From an uncultured archaeon (GTDB taxonomy: Archaea; Asgardarchaeota; Lokiarchaeia; Sigyniarchaeales; SOKP01), in NCBI GenBank assembly GCA_964583985.1, contig CAZOYD010000017.1:1-59218 (forward strand): 59,218 nucleotides of DNA. The letters run 5' to 3'. Below the pieces are notes generated by a model. That model ran no database searches and was not told the origin of the DNA. It saw only the letters and a list, made by a program, of their open reading frames with translations. Of this stretch, positions 31,708 through 40,759 are shown one piece after another; the first letter of the stretch is position 1; each line of letters begins with the position of its first letter. A program made the translations under genes and the position numbers.

Positions 31708-32580
31708 TTGAAAATATTGTTAATTGAAGACAATCCCGCTGATATACGTCTTATTAAGGAACTATTGAAAAAAACCTCCTTAGGTCCTTTTGAAATTAAT
31801 ACTTGTACGCGACTTTCTGAAGGTTTAGATTATATTAAAAAGAAAAATATTGATGTGATATTGTTAGATCTAACCTTACCCGATAGTGATAAAGATTCTA
31901 CTCTATCTAGTATTTTAGGCTATACCTTAAAATATCCAATTATTATCCTAACTGGATACGATGATAAAGAGATCGCTCTAAATTCTTTAAATAGAGGAAT
32001 TCAAGATTATTTAGTGAAGGGAGAATTAAATGAAACTATATTAGCTCGCTCTATTCTATATGGAATTGAAAGGCATAAGATAAAAGTTCAAGATGATTTA
32101 AACAAAGTTGGGCTAGCTTCATTGGATAATAAAGACAAGATGATCCTCAATATTTTACAAGAGAATTATAAAATATCCTTTAAAGAAATAAGTAAAAGAA
32201 TCCATCTTGCAGCAAGTACAATTCATGCTCGTGTAAAAAATATGATTAGTGAAGGAATCATCGAAAAATTTGATACTCTTATTAATCCATATAAAGTTGG
32301 TTATGAAACTATAGCTTTTATTAGTCTATCAATCGATCCATCAAACATAAGTGAAATATCTAATAAACTGAAATATTTTGATGAAATTCAACTTATCGCA
32401 GGAATCGCGGGAGAGTTTAATCTCCTTTTACAAATCATAACTAAAAATGAGAAAGAATTATGGGAATTAATCAACAAAGAAATAAAACCGATTTTAGAGA
32501 CAAAGTCACAAATGAATGTATTTAGTATTATCGATGTTTTTAAAAGAACCTTAAAAATAAAATTAAAAATTGAAGATTAA
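31708..32580 (+). CDS. Response regulator: receiver domain fused to a full Lrp/AsnC transcription factor
   Basis: REC: LLIEDN, LLDLTLPD, LTG, DYLVKG. Lrp HTH: LDNKDKMILNILQENYKISFKEISKRIHLAASTIHARVKNMISEGII. RAM domain: INPYKVGY...IAGEFNLLL. Confidence 0.9.
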   Translation: MKILLIEDNPADIRLIKELLKKTSLGPFEINTCTRLSEGLDYIKKKNIDVILLDLTLPDSDKDSTLSSILGYTLKYPIIILTGYDDKEIALNSLNRGIQDYLVKGELNETILARSILYGIERHKIKVQDDLNKVGLASLDNKDKMILNILQENYKISFKEISKRIHLAASTIHARVKNMISEGIIEKFDTLINPYKVGYETIAFISLSIDPSNISEISNKLKYFDEIQLIAGIAGEFNLLLQIITKNEKELWELINKEIKPILETKSQMNVFSIIDVFKRTLKIKLKIED

Positions 32581-32585
32581 CTTAC

Positions 32586-33917
32586 CTATGGAAATATTCC
32601 CCTTAATTCAATAGCTCTTGCTAGTCTTGATATAGCAATAATGTAGGCCGCTGTTCTCAAGCTCACATTTCTTTTTATAGAAAGTTGGTACACTTCTTCA
32701 AAAGTATTAACCATGATACTCTCCAACTCACTATTTATCCGATCAAGCTTCCAAAAGTAACTATGAATGTCCTGAATATATTCGAAATAACTGACGCAAA
32801 CACCTCCAGCATTAGCTAATATATCTGGAACAACAATTATCCCTCTTTCTTTTAATATTTCATCAGCTTCAGGCGTAGTTGGTCCATTTGCTCCTTCTAA
32901 AACAATTTCACAGTTGATTTTATCAACATTTGAAAGACTTATTTGGTTCTCAATTGCGGCCGGTACCAAGATATCGCAATCTAAAGTTAGAAATTCATCA
33001 TTATGAACAAATATATAATCTTCTTCAGTGAAGTCTTTCAATAAACGGTTTTGATCTCTCCACTTAATTAATTTATTAATATCTAAACCATCTTTACTAT
33101 ATAAACCTCCGCTAATATCTGAAACAGCTAAAACTGTCGCTCCTTTTTCAAATAAAATCTGAGCAAATGTTCCTCCGACATTGCCAAATCCTTGAACAAC
33201 TATGGTAGCATTTGATAGCTCTAAATTCAATTTTTTGTATAAAGCATCAATCACAAAATACAATCCCATCCCTGTAGCACTTTCTCGCCCGACAGATCCC
33301 CCTATTTCTATTGGTTTACCAGTCACAACCCCCGGAATTGAACGTCCTTTTTGCATTGAATATACATCCATAATCCATGCCATAATCCTTTTATCTGTCC
33401 CCACATCTGGAGCAGGAATATCAATATCTGGACCAATTACGTTAATAATCTCGGCTGTATATCTTCTAGTTAACCTCTCAAGCTCTTTAAGTGATAATTT
33501 TCTAGGATCAACACAAACTCCCCCTTTTGCGCCCCCCAGAGGAAGATTAAGTAAACTATTTTTCCATGTCATCCACGTTGCAAGCGCTTTTACTTCATCC
33601 AAACAAACATCTGGTGAAAATCGAATTCCTCCTTTTCCTGGACCACGCACCGTGGAATGATGTACTCTGAATCCTTCAAAAACCTCAAGATCTCCATTAT
33701 CCATTACAACTGGAATGGATACTATAAGTGACCTTTCGACTTTTTTCAAATATTTAGTAATTCTCACATCTAAATTCATTTCTTTCGCTACTATATCAAT
33801 CTGCTTTTTTGCCATTTCATAGGGATTTCTGTTTTCCCTCTCTGGTTTCTTTAACTTTCTTGAATCCTTAATTTCATTCCTAATTACTATGGCTTCTTTA
33901 TAAATTTTTCTCCCCAC
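32586..33917 (-). CDS. gdhA: Glutamate dehydrogenase (Glu/Leu/Phe/Val dehydrogenase family)
   Basis: GPGKGGIRF, MTWK, GGAKGG, PAPDVGT, TGKPIEIGGS, QGFGNVG, EGANGP, PDILANAGGV. Confidence 0.95.
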   Translation of the reverse strand: MGRKIYKEAIVIRNEIKDSRKLKKPERENRNPYEMAKKQIDIVAKEMNLDVRITKYLKKVERSLIVSIPVVMDNGDLEVFEGFRVHHSTVRGPGKGGIRFSPDVCLDEVKALATWMTWKNSLLNLPLGGAKGGVCVDPRKLSLKELERLTRRYTAEIINVIGPDIDIPAPDVGTDKRIMAWIMDVYSMQKGRSIPGVVTGKPIEIGGSVGRESATGMGLYFVIDALYKKLNLELSNATIVVQGFGNVGGTFAQILFEKGATVLAVSDISGGLYSKDGLDINKLIKWRDQNRLLKDFTEEDYIFVHNDEFLTLDCDILVPAAIENQISLSNVDKINCEIVLEGANGPTTPEADEILKERGIIVVPDILANAGGVCVSYFEYIQDIHSYFWKLDRINSELESIMVNTFEEVYQLSIKRNVSLRTAAYIIAISRLARAIELRGIFP

Positions 33918-33931
33918 TCCTTGTTTTTTAA

Positions 33932-34065
33932 CGAATAAAATTCATTTCTATTTCTTCACATAAAATTAATTTTTTTGGTTAATTACATGTAAATAATCTC
34001 TTTTATCTATTATAAATCTACCGAACTAAATTCTGGGAAAATAGTGGGAGTCCGAATAAATTTCG
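33932..34065. promoter_or_regulatory. CGAA-N5-TTCN sites upstream of gdhA (putative Lrp-type operators)
   Basis: CGAATAAAATTCA (33932), CGAACTAAATTCT (34022) and CGAATAAATTTCG (34053; perfect inverted half-sites); the last two are 31 bp apart. Confidence 0.55.
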
Positions 34066-34365
34066 AGGTTTACATACTGAGTTATGCTTGAAATTATTAA
34101 AATATCTGTTTTGAGTTTCAGATTAAAAACTTCATAACTAATGTTTATAACCTCAATGCCATAATAACCATGTAATTTTCAAACAATATTCTTTTTTAAA
34201 AATTTAATTCGATCTTCTAGTAATAATAATTTTTTGGTTTAAAATAGTATTTATTTTTTCGTTCTGGCGATACAGATCCTTATCTGAACTCCAAAATCTT
34301 AATAATGTGTAATTTATGATAAGGTAATAAGTATAAGATACTGATATTAAAAATTCTAGATTGTC

Positions 34366-35727
34366 ATGGTATATTTCCAAGTTAGCCGAATAGGTTTTAA
34401 TTGCGGAAAAGAGAAAGAAGATTGTAGTTTTTATCCTGATAGCTGTAAAGAATGTGTGAAAACATATATTGCTAAAATAGGGTTCGATACAACTCAAAAT
34501 ATTAAAATATCAATGATGGATTCAGAAGAAAAAAGGATTCAGATGCAACAATCATTGATTTGGTACAAATTTATGGATGTTTTAAACATAAAATCGATGA
34601 TATTACAAACGAAAGATTCAGGACTGCTCATATTGAACTATCCAGTCTCAGGAACTAACCTTAATATTGATCTACTGATAGGTTTCATGCAAGCTAATAT
34701 TACCTTTTCAACTTCAAGATCATCAGAAACGAGAAATGACACTCAAAATTTCTATGAACTTCAATATGATACATTTAATTTGCTTATTAAAAATGGAAAT
34801 TTCATTAGAATCTGTTTAGTATTGGATGGAAAAGCTTCAGAAAGTTTCAAACTCAAAGTTTCTGAATTTTTAATTGAATATGAGAGAAAATATAATCAAA
34901 AGATTGAAAATCTCCTAAAATCTGGGATGCTTTATTTTGATGATACAATTGATTTTATCATCGAAAAATTCAACATCAAACTTGTTTTTCCAATGGTTTT
35001 AAGCCATATGATTTCACCGGGAGATTTAGAATTAATTAATAAAAATATCATTCAAAAGGCAGTGATTGATTATGCTAATGAACTTCTAAATGTTAAGAAA
35101 TTCTTCTTCATAAATAATCTCATTGATAAAGTGAAACCAATAGTTAATTCTCACTCATCAATAATATTATATGAAATTTACCAACTATTAGAAAGAAAAA
35201 TTATCATCCCTTCGAAAATTGAAAATATAGCAGTTGAAGTTAAAAAATTTCAAGAAACCCGTGCGAAGCGAATTGCCAATAACGAGTTAATATCATCCAT
35301 ACTTGCAAATGATGATGCTATAGACAATTTAAAAGAAAAAGCCCGAACTTTGGATGTCGAAGAAGCGAAACGACTTATGGAAAATTTTATCAAGAAAGGA
35401 GAAACCGCTGAAAAAGCTTTAGCTTATAAAGAAGCTCAAAAAGAATATGAAAAAGCACTATATTTGGCAACGGGGTTTAATTTTGAATTATCAATTGGAA
35501 GAATTTCATTCATTATACTCGAACTTGATAAAAAAATAAAAGCGCTAGAAATTGAATTTTGTTTAGAATACGGTGAAATAGCTGAAAAGAAGAAAGATTA
35601 TTTTAACGCAATTCAAAACTTTCAGGCCGCAATCGGAATTTTAGGTAATAATGGTGGTGCAATTGAGAATGCCTCACAGATAAAGAAATTAGAAAAACGA
35701 ATTTTATCATTGCAAAAACATCTCTAA
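34366..35727 (+). CDS. Asgard longin/roadblock-like domain protein with Cys-rich N-terminus and C-terminal helical (TPR/MIT-like) repeats
   Basis: C..C..CKEC at the N-terminus; IKSMILQTKDSGLLILNY...DLLIGFMQANITFS...YELQYDTFNLLIKNGNFIRICLVL longin-like pattern; AYKEAQKEYEKALYLA. Confidence 0.6.
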   Translation: MVYFQVSRIGFNCGKEKEDCSFYPDSCKECVKTYIAKIGFDTTQNIKISMMDSEEKRIQMQQSLIWYKFMDVLNIKSMILQTKDSGLLILNYPVSGTNLNIDLLIGFMQANITFSTSRSSETRNDTQNFYELQYDTFNLLIKNGNFIRICLVLDGKASESFKLKVSEFLIEYERKYNQKIENLLKSGMLYFDDTIDFIIEKFNIKLVFPMVLSHMISPGDLELINKNIIQKAVIDYANELLNVKKFFFINNLIDKVKPIVNSHSSIILYEIYQLLERKIIIPSKIENIAVEVKKFQETRAKRIANNELISSILANDDAIDNLKEKARTLDVEEAKRLMENFIKKGETAEKALAYKEAQKEYEKALYLATGFNFELSIGRISFIILELDKKIKALEIEFCLEYGEIAEKKKDYFNAIQNFQAAIGILGNNGGAIENASQIKKLEKRILSLQKHL

Positions 35728-35821
35728 TACCATTTTTCTTTTAAGCTTTTTTTCATCTCATAAGATATTCCAATTGGAATATCTTAAGGTTTGTTTCTAA
35801 GTTCTTGGAAATATTGCTCTT

Positions 35822-36568
35822 TTAATCTGCCTTCTTGAAAGCTAAAATTCCTCCAAATTGATCAAATCGATCTGCAGCAGGATTTTCGATTGAAATAGTC
35901 TTTGTTATAATTCCCTTGTTATTCGCGATTTGTATGAGGCGATGTATTCGATTTTTATAACTGTGTTTCTTAATGAAATTTTCCGTTACGATTAAGAAAT
36001 CTAACTTTTCTGTTGTGGATATATCTTTTTTACTCCTCCCATAAATGAAGGTTTCAATTTCTTCTAAATTATATAACAATAAAATGCTAGGATCACCGAT
36101 ATTGATAATTTTATTTAATTCTTTAACTAATTGATTTATTTCGTCAGTGGTAGTTTCAGAAATAATATTCATTGATTTCTCTTGAGATATTAAAAATCTA
36201 GCACTTTCTAATGAATTAGCGTTTCCCACAATCTCGCCAAAACTAACTCGATTATATCCCTTAGAACGAGTTAACCACTGGTGATGTTTATTAATGTGTT
36301 CTAAAAAGAGGGTTGAACTGTTATTTTTCTGTGGGCTTGCTAATAAAATGCTCTTTACACCATCTTTGACAACAACTCGAATAAGATTTACTAATTCTTG
36401 GAATGAATGATATCTTTGCTTATCATCTAAATATTTCCATTTTCGTTTTAATTTGATAGTTTTATAAAACCTTAAAGAATTACTATATACTTTCCACAAA
36501 TGAATTTCTTTTTCATCAAAACCAATTAGTAGTGCCAATAAAAAACCGCGTTTTGTTTTCTTTTTCAA
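35822..36568 (-). CDS. Pelota/eRF1-like protein containing only the middle and C-terminal domains
   Basis: LLIGFDEKEIHLW...VKSILLASP, then LIVTENF...IS.E.PAADRFDQFGGILAF, typical of eRF1_2/eRF1_3. Confidence 0.65.
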   Translation of the reverse strand: MKKKTKRGFLLALLIGFDEKEIHLWKVYSNSLRFYKTIKLKRKWKYLDDKQRYHSFQELVNLIRVVVKDGVKSILLASPQKNNSSTLFLEHINKHHQWLTRSKGYNRVSFGEIVGNANSLESARFLISQEKSMNIISETTTDEINQLVKELNKIINIGDPSILLLYNLEEIETFIYGRSKKDISTTEKLDFLIVTENFIKKHSYKNRIHRLIQIANNKGIITKTISIENPAADRFDQFGGILAFKKAD

Positions 36569-36714
36569 TCTTTTTTCATCTCATAAATAACTAATCTAGC
36601 ATCAATTTAGCAAATGCTCTTTCTTGTTTTACATTTTTTAAATATTATTCATAATTTTTAAAAAATTTCGTATCTTTTAGTAATATTAAAAATTAAAATT
36701 ATAAGATTGAAATT

Positions 36715-38454
36715 ATGACAATTCTACTGAATCCTAAAAAACGTGATCGGTATTATCCAGATAAAAATTCTGACGATATAATGATTAAAACTGTTGAATT
36801 TTTTGAAAATAAAGGTCGGGCTAAAATTAAAGAAGATGACCATAAGAATGTATGGTACTCTGATTTCCTTGAATTTCAAGGTAAAAATAAACTCTTTGCT
36901 CAACTTCTAACACCATCTCAATATGGAAAAAATGAGAACTATCGTTGGGACACCTGGCGAATTTGTGAATTCAATGAGATTCTCGGTTTTTATGGTCTAA
37001 GCTATTGGTATACATGGCAAGTTTCCATTTTAGGTTTAGGTCCCATATGGATGAGCAATAATGAGTTAGCAAAAAAGAAAGCAGCAAAATTACTTGAAGA
37101 AGGGGCAATTTTCGCATTTGGTCTTTCAGAAAAAGAACACGGTGCAGATATTTATGGTACTGAAATGGCTCTCACGCCTCAAGATGATGGTTCTTATAAA
37201 GCAAATGGAGAAAAATATTATATTGGTAATGGAAACGAAGCAGAAATGGTATCAAACTTTGGAAAATTCGCAGATAAGATCGGAAAAATCCCTGAATATG
37301 ATATGAAAAATAAAGAGCAATATGTCTTTTTTGTGGCAAACTATCGACATAAGAATTATGAATTGATTAAGAATGTATGCGAAAGTCAAAATTATGTGGC
37401 AAATTTTGCACTTCATGACTATCCCATAACTGAAGAAGACATCCTCTCCAAAGGTGAGGAAGCTTGGAATGCGTCACTGAATACTGTAAATGTTGGAAAG
37501 TATAATTTAGGTTGGGCATCGATAGGTATCTGTACACATGCTTTTTATGAGGCAATACATCATGCTGCTCATCGTAGATTATATAAAATGCATGTCACCG
37601 ATTTTCAGCATGTAAAGCAAGCTTTTGTGGATGCTTATACCCGTCTGGTCGCAATGAAATTATTTGGTTTGAGAACAGCAGATTACATGCGTGTTGCTTC
37701 AAATAAGGATCGACGCTACTTGCTCTATGCTCCCGTGATGAAAATGAAAACTACGACCCAGGGCGAGGAAGTTATTAATCTTTTGTGGGATGTTATTGCT
37801 GCTAAAGGATTTGAAAAAGACATGTACTTTGAAACTGCCGCAAAAGATATACGAGCATTACCCAAACTCGAAGGAACAGTCCACGTTAACATTGCTTTAA
37901 TTTTAAAATTTATGATGAGTTTTTTTATGAACCATAAAAATTTTGAAAGTGTTCCCCGACAAGATCAAGCTAAAAACGATGATTTTTTATTCAACCAAGG
38001 CCCAACAAAGGGTTTAGCACGAGTTAAACTTCATGATTGGAAACCTGCGTTTGAAAAATATAATCTACCAAATGTAAAAACCTTCTTAGAGCAAATTAAA
38101 CTGTTTAATTTACTTGGAACTAAAGCTACTCCAAGCGTTGAGCAACAAAATGATATGGATTTCATGTTATCTGGGATAGGAGAGATCTTTTCTTTAATAG
38201 TATATGCACACCTTATCATTGAAAATGCAGCAATTTATAAAATTGATGAAGATACAATAGATCAGATTTTTGATTTCTTAGTCAGAGATTTTTCCAAATA
38301 TGCATTGAACTTATATCATAAATCAAGTGCAACTCCCGAACAAATGGAATGGTGCTTAAAGATGATAAAAAAACCCAACGTTGATCATGAAAGATTTGGG
38401 AGCGTTTGGAATACAGTTTATTCCCTGAAGGATGCATATGAAATGAATGAATAA
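36715..38454 (+). CDS. Acyl-CoA dehydrogenase
   Basis: AFGLSEKEHGAD, NGEKYYIGN, AAKGFEKD, LPKLEGTVHVN. Confidence 0.92.
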   Translation: MTILLNPKKRDRYYPDKNSDDIMIKTVEFFENKGRAKIKEDDHKNVWYSDFLEFQGKNKLFAQLLTPSQYGKNENYRWDTWRICEFNEILGFYGLSYWYTWQVSILGLGPIWMSNNELAKKKAAKLLEEGAIFAFGLSEKEHGADIYGTEMALTPQDDGSYKANGEKYYIGNGNEAEMVSNFGKFADKIGKIPEYDMKNKEQYVFFVANYRHKNYELIKNVCESQNYVANFALHDYPITEEDILSKGEEAWNASLNTVNVGKYNLGWASIGICTHAFYEAIHHAAHRRLYKMHVTDFQHVKQAFVDAYTRLVAMKLFGLRTADYMRVASNKDRRYLLYAPVMKMKTTTQGEEVINLLWDVIAAKGFEKDMYFETAAKDIRALPKLEGTVHVNIALILKFMMSFFMNHKNFESVPRQDQAKNDDFLFNQGPTKGLARVKLHDWKPAFEKYNLPNVKTFLEQIKLFNLLGTKATPSVEQQNDMDFMLSGIGEIFSLIVYAHLIIENAAIYKIDEDTIDQIFDFLVRDFSKYALNLYHKSSATPEQMEWCLKMIKKPNVDHERFGSVWNTVYSLKDAYEMNE

Positions 38455-38478
38455 AAAATACAATTTTTCTATTTTTTT

Positions 38479-38715
38479 TCCGAGACTCCTCACAATTACA
38501 TCAATTTTCAAGATGCTGTTGCAATATCAGCTAATGGAGTTGCTGAATTAATTAATAATGATAAGCAAAACTACATTGTTTTATATTTAGAAAAACATCC
38601 TACTCTTTCTGAATTCATTGCTTCATCAAACTATGCTTTTATAAGAATTAAAGAACTCAAATATCAATTTGTAATCAAATTTCAAAACAACAAGATTCTC
38701 AAGTTTGAACTATAG
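38479..38715 (+). pseudogene. C-terminal remnant of a pyridoxamine 5'-phosphate oxidase-like (flavin split-barrel) gene
   Basis: Open frame without a start codon: ...NFQDAVAISANGVAELI...YIVLYLEKHPTLSEFIASSNYAFIRIKELKYQFVIKFQN...*. Confidence 0.55.
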
Positions 38716-38859
38716 GATAAATGTAAAAAAAAGAATTATGGCAATTATATAACTTATAATTATTCTATTGGAAGATATAAGTAGTTTTAAAAAATAGGAG
38801 ATGAAAAATTATAATTTTAATAGATTTTTTTTAAATATTTAAGCTGAACTATCATACTT

Positions 38860-39696
38860 ATGAATTCTATAAAAAATGAAGATGAATGGTTAATCCCAAA
38901 ATCAGAGATAACTTTTGACTATCTGAAAAAATTCAATCGAAATGCAATGTTCTTGCATCTAGTACAAGGGTTACTCATGGTACTCTTTGGATTTTTGCCA
39001 TTCTTGAGTTTTTCGGTAAATATTTATACTTTCTATTTGGAGTTTGACCTTGGGCCTCCACCTACCCTTTCTCCAAATCCTGAAGTGATCTTTGCTTTTA
39101 CAGCCTTAGGTGCATTTGTTGGAACATTCCTACTCTTATCTGCAATCGCGCACTTTCTAATCGCTTACCCTTTGAATAAAGTATATAATAGAGATCTAAA
39201 AAAAGGAATTAATAAGGTTCGATGGTTTGAATATGCTTTTTCAAGCTCAATAATGATTGTTCTAATTGCTTTATTCTTTGGAGTCTTAGATTTCTGGGCT
39301 TTATTCATGATCTTTATATCTAATGCGTTAATGAACATGTTTGGTCTGATGATGGAGCTCCAAAATGTATATACAAGAAAGTTGAAGGAAAAAGTTAGAT
39401 GGACTGCTTATTATCTTGGAGTAGTCGCTGGTGCAGTTCCTTGGATCGTTATTACAGCATATTTCATTAATACAGGAGTTAACGGTGGAGAAATTCCAGT
39501 TTTTGTATATTGGATTTATGTAATTGAACTGATATTCTTTAATACATTTGCAATCAATATGATTCTACAATATAAAGGCGTAGGTAAATGGAAAGACTAT
39601 CTATATGGTGAAAGAATGTATATTGTACTAAGCCTTGTCTCTAAATCATTTTTAGCATGGTTGGTTTTCGGAGGAGTATTTTCTCCTACAGGATAA
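38860..39696 (+). CDS. heR: Heliorhodopsin
   Basis: FN..AMFLHLVQG, SAIAHF, NKVRWFEYAFSSSIMI, N.FG.MME, F.INM.LQY, YLYGERMYIVLSLVSKSFLAW (retinal-binding Lys). Confidence 0.95.
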   Translation: MNSIKNEDEWLIPKSEITFDYLKKFNRNAMFLHLVQGLLMVLFGFLPFLSFSVNIYTFYLEFDLGPPPTLSPNPEVIFAFTALGAFVGTFLLLSAIAHFLIAYPLNKVYNRDLKKGINKVRWFEYAFSSSIMIVLIALFFGVLDFWALFMIFISNALMNMFGLMMELQNVYTRKLKEKVRWTAYYLGVVAGAVPWIVITAYFINTGVNGGEIPVFVYWIYVIELIFFNTFAINMILQYKGVGKWKDYLYGERMYIVLSLVSKSFLAWLVFGGVFSPTG

Positions 39697-39733
39697 TCAA
39701 CTTTTTTTATTTTTTTTTAACATTTTAATAGGG

Positions 39734-40759
39734 ATGGATAAATTGGATACTAATATTAAGAAATTCGATCATTTAGGAAAGGACCTTAAAATTTTCAAAA
39801 TTTTAAACGGAATGTGGCAAGTTTCAGGAGGTCATGGGCTAATTCAACCTCAAAAAGCAATTGAAAGCATGGATCTTCTCGTAAATAAGGGATTTATAAC
39901 TTGGGATTTAGCTGATCATTATGGTCCTGCTGAAGATTTTGTTAAAGTTTTTAGAAACAGACTTGAATCAAGAGGGAAAGATAAAGTTCTGGAAGATCTG
40001 AAATTTTTCACAAAATGGGTTCCAAGACCTCAAAATATAACTCGAAAAATTGTGGAAAGCGCTATTGATATTTCTAGGGATAGAATGGGAATGGAATCAT
40101 TGGATATGGTCCAATTCCACTGGTGGGATTATTCAGATAATAATTATATTAAAGCAATGGAATATCTTAATGAACTTCGGGAGGAGGGTATTATTAAGAA
40201 TTTGGGTCTGACTAATTTTGATACCGCTCATTTAGAAGAGTTTATTGATATGGGAATAAATATAGTTTCAAATCAAGTGCAATATTCGATTATAGATAAG
40301 CGTCCCGAAAAAATTATGGTTCAATTCTGTGCTAAGCATGATATTAAATTACTCGCATATGGAACTCTAGCGGGTGGCTTAATGAGTGAAAGATATATTA
40401 ACCAGCCTGAACCGAAACGAAGTCAACTATATACTGCATCACTACAAAAGTATAAAGGCATGATAGATCAATGGGGAAATTGGTCACTTTTTCAAGAATT
40501 ATTGAAAATATTAAAGGAAATAAGCAAAAAGCATAATGTGAGTATCGCGAATGTCGCCACAAGATATGTTCTTGAAAATCCAATTGTAGGAGGTGCAATT
40601 ATTGGAGTTAGATTAGGTATCTCTGAGCATGCTGAAGATAATTTAAAAGATTTCTCATTTTCATTAGATGAGGATGATTTAAATCAAATTGCCCGAGTAA
40701 CTGAAAAATCAACTGATCTCTTCAAAATAATTGGCGATTGTGGTGATGAATATAGATAA
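39734..40759 (+). CDS. Aldo/keto reductase
   Basis: NGMWQVSGGHG, WDLADHYGPAE, FTKWVP, QFHWW, GLTNFD, NQVQYS, AYGTLAGG, GDCGDEYR. Confidence 0.92.
   Translation: MDKLDTNIKKFDHLGKDLKIFKILNGMWQVSGGHGLIQPQKAIESMDLLVNKGFITWDLADHYGPAEDFVKVFRNRLESRGKDKVLEDLKFFTKWVPRPQNITRKIVESAIDISRDRMGMESLDMVQFHWWDYSDNNYIKAMEYLNELREEGIIKNLGLTNFDTAHLEEFIDMGINIVSNQVQYSIIDKRPEKIMVQFCAKHDIKLLAYGTLAGGLMSERYINQPEPKRSQLYTASLQKYKGMIDQWGNWSLFQELLKILKEISKKHNVSIANVATRYVLENPIVGGAIIGVRLGISEHAEDNLKDFSFSLDEDDLNQIARVTEKSTDLFKIIGDCGDEYR

Noticed and set aside
31500-34176. Second motif TTACAT (31500, 31519, 31659; palindrome TTACATGTAA at 33983)
   Set aside because: Short and AT-rich; indistinguishable by eye from chance or TATA-like elements.
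34204-34497. 97-aa minus-strand ORF upstream of the longin gene
   Set aside because: It overlaps the start of 34366..35727 on the opposite strand, has low-complexity composition and shows no motif.
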